Shown here: one piece after another, positions 1 through 6,500 of the stretch
How the letters are laid out: each line of letters opens with the position of its first letter
Numbering within the stretch: the stretch's first letter is position 1
Origin: an uncultured cyanobacterium
GTDB taxonomy: Bacteria; Cyanobacteriota; Cyanobacteriia; Leptolyngbyales; Leptolyngbyaceae
Assembly (NCBI GenBank): GCA_963766075.1
Contig: CAVYAN010000067.1
Span: 1 to 19,817 of the forward strand
Direction: 5' to 3'
Length of the DNA stretch: 19,817 bases
Program-made: the position numbers and the translations under genes
The notes under the pieces: generated by a model
Database searches by the model: none
Told to the model about the DNA's origin: nothing
The model's input: only the letters and a program-made list of their open reading frames with translations

Positions 1-208
1 ATAGCTTTCAACAAACAAATAAAGCTTCTACAAAGAGTCAGTAATTTCCCCGAATTCTGCCCATTCAATAACCTTTTAAATAGACCCAAATCTTATTTCT
101 CACTTTGCAAATATCAAAATTACACGCGATATGTTGAATCTGTGGGGTTAAACCCCCCAGTCAATCACCGTGCATCAAACAACAAGACCACACTATCGGG
201 ACTAGCCC

Positions 209-355
209 ATGAAAGAAATCACACCTCTCAAAAACGATGGGAAGGACAAGGCCATTCAATTGACCGCTTGGCTCTGGAGCCCACTACCAGAGCGTCACCA
301 AGAAATGCTGAGTGGCGGCGCACCCCGATTTAACGGTGGCATCAAGGGGAGTTAG
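209..355 (+). CDS. Double-Gly-leader small secreted peptide precursor, copy 1 (48 aa; not in ORF track)
   Basis: Manual translation from ATG 209: MKEITPLKNDGKDKAIQLTAWLWSPLPERHQEMLSGG-APRFNGGIKGS*, TAG 353-355. Same leader as downstream paralogs. Ser codons (AGC AGT AGT AGC) continue in the +1 frame across the stop, so the short core may be truncated by a frameshift. Confidence 0.8.
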   Translation: MKEITPLKNDGKDKAIQLTAWLWSPLPERHQEMLSGGAPRFNGGIKGS

Positions 356-465
356 CAGTAGTAGCCGCAGTGCCAAAGACTTCAACGGTTCAGATCTGAT
401 AGCACAACACCCCCAAAAACAACCATTCCCAGCAAACAACTATCAATCAAAAACACAGGAAAACA

Positions 466-664
466 ATGAAAATGCTCAAACCTAACTGCGTTCAATCGAT
501 CCCAATCCTTTGGACCCCGCTACCAGAATGTCAACAAGAGATGCTGAGCGGTGGTGCACCAACGAAAACCGGCGGCAATGGCAATGGATGGTAATGGCGG
601 TGGTAGTGGTGGTGGTAGCGGCGGTAGTAGCGGTACTTCCAGTGCTTCCAACATTAGCGGATAG
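466..664 (+). pseudogene. Double-Gly-leader peptide precursor, copy 2, frameshifted (not in ORF track)
   Basis: AGGA at 457-460, ATG 466: MKMLKPNCVQSIPILWTPLPECQQEMLSGG-APTKTGGNGNGW* (TAA 592-594). A shifted frame from about 588 reads DGNGGGSGGGSGGSSGTSSASNISG* (TAG 662-664), matching the Gly/Ser cores of paralogs. Either real decay or a sequencing indel. Confidence 0.75.
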
Positions 665-730
665 CGGATTTAGGTCTAGTGATAGATGATTTTGCCAGAT
701 AATAATCAATCAAAAAAGTACAGGAGAACA

Positions 731-877
731 ATGACAGCACTCAAACCGAACATCATTCAATCCACCCCTATTTTCTGGATCCCACTACCAGAGTGCCAAC
801 AAGAACTGCTGAGTGGCGGTGCATCGATGCTTACCCGCCCGGCTCCCCCCAGTTCTGACCTACCGGTCACTCAGTAA
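731..877 (+). CDS. Double-Gly-leader peptide precursor, copy 3 (48 aa, Pro-rich core)
   Basis: AGGAG at 722-726 before ATG 731; MTALKPNIIQSTPIFWIPLPECQQELLSGG-ASMLTRPAPPSSDLPVTQ. Start chosen by alignment with paralogs rather than the track start at 686. Confidence 0.85.
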   Translation: MTALKPNIIQSTPIFWIPLPECQQELLSGGASMLTRPAPPSSDLPVTQ

Positions 878-889
878 TACTGCGTGCCA

Positions 890-996
890 GCGACCACATA
901 ATCGACCGTAGCGGCGATCGCCGCCACAAACCCCAACACTTATTTCCAGTTCTTGGCACCATTTGAACCAACAACAGCTCCAGAAAATCCCTCATG
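890..996 (+). repeat. Intergenic/5' repeat of the peptide array, copy A
   Basis: 921-996 matches 1491-1566 with one mismatch in 76 nt. 890-996 also matches 1761-1873 with several indels. Contains the palindrome GCGGCGATCGCCGC (911-924). Confidence 0.9.
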
Positions 997-1182
997 ACAA
1001 CAATCAATCCCAATAGCATTCAACCAACCCCGCTGCTCTGGACCCCACTACCAGAGTTCCAACAAGAACTGCTCAGCGGGGGCGCGCCTTCTGTTGTCCG
1101 CCCACCGCTAACGCTACCACCTGGATCGCCCGGTGCCCCCACTGCCACCAGTTCCGAGATCACTAATCCCAAAAATAGCTAA
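994..1182 (+). CDS. Double-Gly-leader peptide precursor, copy 4 (62 aa, Pro-rich core)
   Basis: LLWTPLPEFQQELLSGG-APSVVRPPLTLPPGSPGAPTATSSEITNPKNS. Confidence 0.88.
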   Translation: MTTINPNSIQPTPLLWTPLPEFQQELLSGGAPSVVRPPLTLPPGSPGAPTATSSEITNPKNS

Positions 1183-1250
1183 CTGATCGTAAACGTGATC
1201 AGCTCAACATAATCGCCAAGAGCGACCAAAAGCACTCTTGAACATTTCAA

Positions 1251-1270
1251 CAACCAACCAACCAACCAAC
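1251..1270 (+). repeat. (CAAC)5 microsatellite upstream of copy 5
   Basis: caaccaaccaaccaaccaac read directly; ends 17 nt before ATG 1288. Confidence 0.85.
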
Positions 1271-1287
1271 CCATCAGAAAATATCTC

Positions 1288-1476
1288 ATGAAGCCAATGC
1301 CCTCGATCAAACCCAACAACAGCCAATCCTCCGCGATCCTCTGGACCCCGCTACCCGACTGCCAGCAAGAACGGCTCAGTGGCGGTGGACCGATTGTGAA
1401 GTCTAGTGGCGGTGTCACCCCCGGTGGCGGTGGTGGTAGCAATGGCGGCAGTGCCGATCCGTTGTCTCCTCAATAG
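1288..1476 (+). CDS. Double-Gly-leader peptide precursor, copy 5 (62 aa, Gly/Ser-rich core)
   Basis: ILWTPLPDCQQERLSGG-GPIVKSSGGVTPGGGGGSNGGSADPLSPQ. Confidence 0.88.
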   Translation: MKPMPSIKPNNSQSSAILWTPLPDCQQERLSGGGPIVKSSGGVTPGGGGGSNGGSADPLSPQ

Positions 1477-1490
1477 CTCACCATGGCTGC

Positions 1491-1566
1491 CCGCCACAAA
1501 CCCCAACACTTATTTCCAGTTCTTGGAACCATTTGAACCAACAACAGCTCCAGAAAATCCCTCATG
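1491..1566 (+). repeat. Intergenic/5' repeat of the peptide array, copy B
   Basis: CCGCCACAAACCCCAACACTTATTTCCAGTTCTTGG(A/C)ACCATTTGAACCAACAACAGCTCCAGAAAATCCCTCATG, exactly 570 nt after copy A. Confidence 0.9.
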
Positions 1567-1773
1567 AAAACAATGACAACAATCAATCCCAATAGCAATC
1601 AATCCACCCCAGCTTCTGGACCCCATTACCAGAATGCCAACAAGAAATGCTCAGCGGCGGTGCACCCAAGAACCAGCCGGTGGCAGCTCGCGGCATACCG
1701 GTGGTGCCAGGAGTGGCGCGGTGGGCGCTAGTGGTTAACCAGGCGGGCGATCCAGATTCCGCGACGCACATAA
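1564..1773 (+). pseudogene. Double-Gly-leader peptide precursor, copy 6, multiply frameshifted
   Basis: ATG 1564 MKTMTTINPNSNQSTP, a 2-nt remnant codon at 1612-1613, then FWTPLPECQQEMLSGG-APKN. Downstream GGT/GGC/AGC/AGT codon runs jump between frames. End placed at TAA 1771-1773 by homology and is approximate. Confidence 0.75.
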
Positions 1774-1873
1774 TCGACCGTGGCGGCGATCGCCGCCCAC
1801 AAACCCCAACACTTATTTCCAGTTCTTGAGAAAACATTTGAACCAGCAACAGCTCAATGGAAAATCCCTCATG
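1761..1873 (+). repeat. Intergenic/5' repeat of the peptide array, copy C (diverged)
   Basis: Aligns to 890-996 with indels; contains the perfect 16-bp palindrome GGCGGCGATCGCCGCC (1782-1797). Confidence 0.85.
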
Positions 1874-2086
1874 AAAACAATGGCAACGATCAAACCTAAC
1901 AGTAATCAATCGACCTCACTCCTCTGGACAGCATTGCCAGAGGACCAACAAGAACTGCTCAGCGGTGGTGCACCGCAAGTGAGTGGCGGCAATGGCGGCA
2001 ATACAGGTGGCGGCAATACAGGTGGCGGTAGCAGTGGCGGCAGTACAGGCACTTCCGTGATTATCTCTACGTACTACAGCCTCTAA
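1871..2086 (+). CDS. Double-Gly-leader peptide precursor, copy 7 (71 aa, Gly/Asn/Ser-rich core)
   Basis: MKTMATIKPNSNQSTSLLWTALPEDQQELLSGG-APQVSGGNGGNTGGGNTGGGSSGGSTGTSVIISTYYSL; start set by the shared AAAATCCCTC-ATG context. Confidence 0.88.
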   Translation: MKTMATIKPNSNQSTSLLWTALPEDQQELLSGGAPQVSGGNGGNTGGGNTGGGSSGGSTGTSVIISTYYSL

Positions 2087-2250
2087 ATGATGGCTGAAGT
2101 GCAACTTATCTAGCCCGTTTATGAAATTGCCGTCTCAGTTGGCTCATATCAACCGGCCTCCATCCACAACATATCCAGGCTTCTCAGGCTAAGTTGCACA
2201 TCGCGGTCAGTTCTTTTCACCCACAATATAAGACAGTCAAAGAACCTCTC

Positions 2251-2493
2251 ATGAAAACAATAAACGATCACAGTCAATCCACCTCCCGCCTCTGGACGCT
2301 ATTGCCAGAGTACCAACAAGAACTGCTCAGCGGTGGCGCACCGAAGAGCAGCGGCGGCGGCAGCGGCGGCAGCGGCGGCAGCGGCGGCAGCGGCGGCAGC
2401 GGCGGCAGCGGCAGTATCATATCCACGGCCAATCAGGGCTCCTCCGGGAATGGCTTAGTGGCCAGCATCACGATTGCCCTCTTCTCAGTTTGA
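2251..2493 (+). CDS. Double-Gly-leader peptide precursor, copy 8 (80 aa, (GGS)6 core, hydrophobic tail)
   Basis: MKTINDHSQSTSRLWTLLPEYQQELLSGG-APKSSG(GGS)6GSIISTANQGSSGNGLVASITIALFSV. Confidence 0.88.
   Translation: MKTINDHSQSTSRLWTLLPEYQQELLSGGAPKSSGGGSGGSGGSGGSGGSGGSGSIISTANQGSSGNGLVASITIALFSV
2356..2409 (+). repeat. Perfect 9-nt tandem repeat (GGCGGCAGC)6 encoding (GGS)6
   Basis: Read directly from the sequence. Confidence 0.92.
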
Positions 2494-2508
2494 TTGCCGA
2501 AGAATCAT

Positions 2509-2538
2509 CAGAGTCCAATTACACATCATTGGACTCTG
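2509..2538 (+). other. Stem-loop after copy 8 (mRNA stabiliser or weak terminator)
   Basis: CAGAGTCCAAT-N8-ATTGGACTCTG: 11-bp perfect stem, no U-tract. Confidence 0.6.
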
Positions 2539-2603
2539 TGCATCAACACTAGAGGCAATCACCAAATCGAAACAACATCACAGAATTCAATAGTGCAACA
2601 CCA

Positions 2604-2861
2604 ATGATGACCATGAGAACAACTACCCAAAACCAGGGTAATCAATTAACTTCCCCCCTCTGGATACCACTACCCGAATACCAACAAGAACTGCTCAGCG
2701 GCGGCGCACCCCGACAGAACGGCGGTAACGGCAGCAACGGTGGCGGCAATAGTGGCGGCGGCACTACCGGCGGCAGACCTAGCAATGGAAATCGGCCTTC
2801 AGAACCAGGGATTATCACCACTGGCAGTCAAGTCTCCCCGGATCGTTGGGATATGGACTAG
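2604..2861 (+). CDS. Double-Gly-leader peptide precursor, copy 9 (about 85 aa, Gly/Asn-rich core)
   Basis: PLWIPLPEYQQELLSGG-APRQNGGNGSNGGGNSGGGTTGGRPSNGNRPSEPGIITTGSQVSPDRWDMD; alternative ATGs at 2607 and 2613. Confidence 0.88.
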   Translation: MMTMRTTTQNQGNQLTSPLWIPLPEYQQELLSGGAPRQNGGNGSNGGGNSGGGTTGGRPSNGNRPSEPGIITTGSQVSPDRWDMD

Positions 2862-2960
2862 GTTACTCGGCGAATTTTGCTCCCTGACTGATCACTAAGT
2901 TTCTTACCGCAAGCTTCTTAACGCACCACAACCTACAAGCATCCTATTGGAGAACTCACC

Positions 2961-3203
2961 ATGGAACCACGACCGGCGATCGCATTGAACAACGACCCAT
3001 TCGCTTCATTACTTTGGACTGTACTGCCCGATACCCAGCAAGAAATGCTCAGCGGCGGCGCACCTAGAGTAACAACATCCGCGACTGGCACAACCACGAC
3101 TAACACAACCACAACGACCTTAACCACAACGACCTTAACCACAACCAGCACAACAGCCGGCAGTAGCGGTACAGCGACAACTGGAGCACGGCTCGCGCCC
3201 TAA
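2961..3203 (+). CDS. Double-Gly-leader peptide precursor, copy 10 (80 aa, Thr-rich core)
   Basis: GGAG RBS at 2949-2952; LLWTVLPDTQQEMLSGG-APRVTTSATGTTTTNTTTTTLTTTTLTTTSTT...; 24 Thr in a 47-aa core. Confidence 0.88.
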   Translation: MEPRPAIALNNDPFASLLWTVLPDTQQEMLSGGAPRVTTSATGTTTTNTTTTTLTTTTLTTTSTTAGSSGTATTGARLAP

Positions 3204-3336
3204 TTTTCAGTCACCATTTCATCCTCCTAGCAAAGGCTCCATAGCCTGATACTACGCATAGTCCGAAGTTATCTATTGAAAACAAATTACTTATGCGAGA
3301 GGCTTCTCCCCCGGGGAGAATCTCGCCCTCGGGAGT

Positions 3337-3374
3337 GCGGGATAAGCAAGTGCTGCTTATCCCGCCATTGTTTT
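3337..3374 (+). terminator. Probable intrinsic terminator closing the peptide array
   Basis: GCGGGATAAGCA-AGTGC-TGCTTATCCCGC (12-bp perfect stem) followed by CATTGTTTT; a second hairpin lies at 3295-3326. Confidence 0.65.
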
Positions 3375-3386
3375 AGCGATCACGCT

Positions 3387-3428
3387 TGCTTGAGATTAGA
3401 TGCTTAAGATTGGATGCTTGAGATTGGA
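3387..3428 (+). repeat. Three imperfect 14-nt tandem repeats upstream of the FHA-like gene
   Basis: TGCTTGAGATTAGA / TGCTTAAGATTGGA / TGCTTGAGATTGGA. Confidence 0.8.
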
Positions 3429-3574
3429 ATTGCGACCCCGTAGTGGATCATCCAAATTGACTAATTTCCGGCGATTAGCGTCCAAATTGATGCACTGAAA
3501 TCGATTACCTGTTAATTGTTTATTTCTCTAGCGATTTTGGCACTCTAGAAACAACTCTATCAACTAGGCATGAA

Positions 3575-6500
3575 GTGACCACTGAACCTGCCGCTAATAC
3601 CCTGTCACAGATTAAGGATTCCCCAATGAGCGCCCCGCCCCGTAAAATCTTGCTTGGTTATCCCCTTGCGGCATGGCTTGTGACATTCAGCAGTTGCCTA
3701 CTGCCTACCCCACTACAGGCCCAAATTGCGGGTGATGCCACAGTGGGCACACGGGTCAACGGTCAACTGACCAATCCCTGTGGTGGCGGAATTTGTACAA
3801 TCACCGGAGGCACTGCGGCGGGGGGCAACCTGTTCCATAGTTTCGATCGCTTTTCCATCCCCACAGGGGGGGAAGCCCGGTTTGACACAACTGGCGTCGC
3901 GGGCATCCAAAACATCATCTCGCGAGTCACAGGCGGATCCCTGTCGGATATTAATGGCACGATCAGCGTCGTCGGCGCGAGCAGTGGCGCAAATTTATTC
4001 TTGATTAACCCCAACGGCATTCTCTTCGGTCCCAATGCCAGCCTCAACCTGGGGGGATCCTTCATTGCCAGCACAGCCAGTAGTCTCGTCTTTGCCGATG
4101 GCAGTCAGTTCAGTGCGGCGACTCCGACCCATTCTCCCTTGTTAACCATTAGCGTGCCCATCGGGTTGCAGTACGGTGCGAATCCCGGCAGCATCCAAGT
4201 CCAAGGCCCCGGCAATAATCTGAGCCTAGATGCATCCTTCGCCTTTGTTCATAGTAACCCGCCACCACCCGGAACGTTATCGGTACAAGCCGGAAAAACC
4301 CTGGCTTTGGTGGGCGGTCCCGTCTCGATCACCGGAGGCAATCTCTTTGCCCTCGGCGGGCAGATTGAAGTGGGCAGCGTCGGTGGTCCAGGCACTGTCA
4401 GCTTAACGCCCAACACCTCAGGCTGGAGTCTCGGCTATCAAAACGTGGGCAGTTTCGGCGATATTACCCTATCCAAAGCCGCGCTGCTGAATGCCAGTGG
4501 CCCCGGGGGCGGTGCCATCCAGGTGCAAGGTCAAACCGTGCGGGTCCTGGATGGTTCACTCATCGTTAGTGATACCCTCGGCAGTGGCACAGGGGCACCC
4601 GTCACCATTAGAGCAGCCAGCGCCTTGGAAGTTTCCGGGTTTGATCCCAAAAATCTGTACACGAGTTCAATTATTACCGATGCCAACCCCAACGCCAGCG
4701 GCAGGGGCGGCGACCTCACTGTCGAGGCGGGCAATGTGTGGGTAAGGGATGGCGGGAGTATTGCCACGACAACCTATGGTCTGGGCACAGCGGGCTCGCT
4801 GATGGTAAAAGCGCCAAATGTCGAGGTCAGGGGCAGCGCTAACGTTGGCTATGAGAGTCTGAGCAGTATCTCGACCTTCGTTTTGCCGGGAGCCAAGGGC
4901 CAAGGCGGCAATTTGACCCTGCAAACCCAGAACCTACGGGTGGCCGATGGCGGCACAGTGTCTACGAATACCTTTGATGCCGGGAATGCAGGCACATTAG
5001 CCGTACAGGCGACAAACATTAGCTTGAGTGGGCAGTCTCCCCTGGATGGGGTTTCCAGTGGACTGTATGCAACCGTTTTCTCGGGGGCGACGGGGAATGG
5101 CGGCAACCTAGCGATCGCCACCCAACAACTCCAAGTGATCGGGGGAGCCAATGTGTCTGCCAGTACCTTTGGTAGCGGCAATGCGGGCACCCTCACCCTC
5201 ACCGCAGCGGATATTGCATTAACCGGCACCTCAACTACGGGTAATCCTAGCGGTGTATTTGCCCAAGTGGGGAGAAACGCCACGGGCCAAGGGGGCAATG
5301 TTGCCATTACTGCCCAAAATTTACACCTGGATCAAGGAGCGAATGTCTCTGCCAGCACCTCGGGAGCGGGCAATGCGGGCACCCTCACCCTCAACACCAA
5401 CCAGATCAGCATCATCGGCACCTCGGATCAAGGCAACCCTAGCGGTGTGTTTGCCCAAGTGGGGAGAAACGCCACCGGGAATGGGGGCAATGTTGCCATT
5501 ACCACTCAGGGTTTGCAAGCCACGGGTGGCGGGACCGTCTCTGTCAATACCTTCGGCAGCGGCAATGCGGGCACCTTAGCGATCAATGCTCAGACCATCG
5601 AGTTAATGGGCATTTCAACCTCCGGGAATCCCAGTGGCTTGTTTGCCCAGGTACGCCCTGGAGCTCGGGGCAATGGAGGCAGTGTGGCGGTGACTACACA
5701 GAACTTGCGTATTAGTGAAGGAGCGACGGTGTCTGCCAGTACCTTTGGCGGCGGCAATGCAGGCACCTTGGGCGTCAAGGCGGCGGATATTGAGATTTGG
5801 GGCACTTCGGCAGCGGGTAATCCCAGTGGGTTGTCGGCTCAGGTGGAAGCGGGATCGACGGGCCAGGGGAATGATTTGCGGGTTGAGACCGATCGCTTGC
5901 ATATCTGGAATGGTGGCCAAATCGGGACCACTACGTTTAGTTCCGGGAATGCAGGAAATCTGACCGTAGCCGCAGGGACAGTGGTGTTAGATGGCACATC
6001 AGCGGAGACACGCAGTGGTTTATTTGCCAGTGCCATTGCGGGAACGGGCGATGGGGGCAATATCGCAGTAACTGCCGACAGCCTGCTGATTCAGAATGGG
6101 GCGGCGATCGGGGTCAGTAATTTTCAAAGTCGCAATACCCTACCGCCGGGGCAAGGGGCCGCGGGCAATATTCAAGTGGATGTGCGATCGCTAAAACTCG
6201 ATCAGGACGGCAGAATTACGGCAGATAGTGCGGGTGGCTCGCGCGGCAACATCGCCATCAATGCCACCGAAGCCACCATCCTGCGGCACGGCAGCATGAT
6301 TAGCACCAATGCTCAAGGCTCCGCCACCGGGGGGAATATTTTCCTCACCACGCCATTTTTAGTGGTGCCTGCCTTAGAAAATAGCGATATCACAGCCAAC
6401 GCCGTCAACAATCGGGGCGGGCAAGTGATTGTGAATGCACGCAGTTTGTTGGGCACGCAGTTCCAACTCCAATTAACCCCCAAAAGTGATATCACTGCCA

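Noticed and set aside
142..333. Track ORF of 63 aa
   Set aside because: Off-frame shadow of the real leader-bearing gene at 209-355.
1647..1829. Track ORF MLSGGAPKN... as an independent gene
   Set aside because: Internal fragment of frameshifted copy 6 that reads on into the intergenic repeat.
890..1873. CRISPR array suggested by recurring repeats
   Set aside because: Repeats are 76-110 nt, irregularly spaced (570 and about 300 nt), separated by coding sequence, and no cas genes are present.
482..3151. Minus-strand low-complexity ORFs (482-709, 1179-1442, 1583-1909, 1916-2104, 2933-3151)
   Set aside because: Antisense reads of the Gly/Ser/Thr codon repeats in the peptide genes.
209..3203. 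Lanthipeptide, Nif11/NHLP, cyanobactin or microviridin precursors
   Set aside because: Intact cores lack Cys; leaders are only about 30-37 aa; no PatE-type repeated recognition cassettes, no PFFARFL or TxKYPSD motifs; no synthetase in the window.
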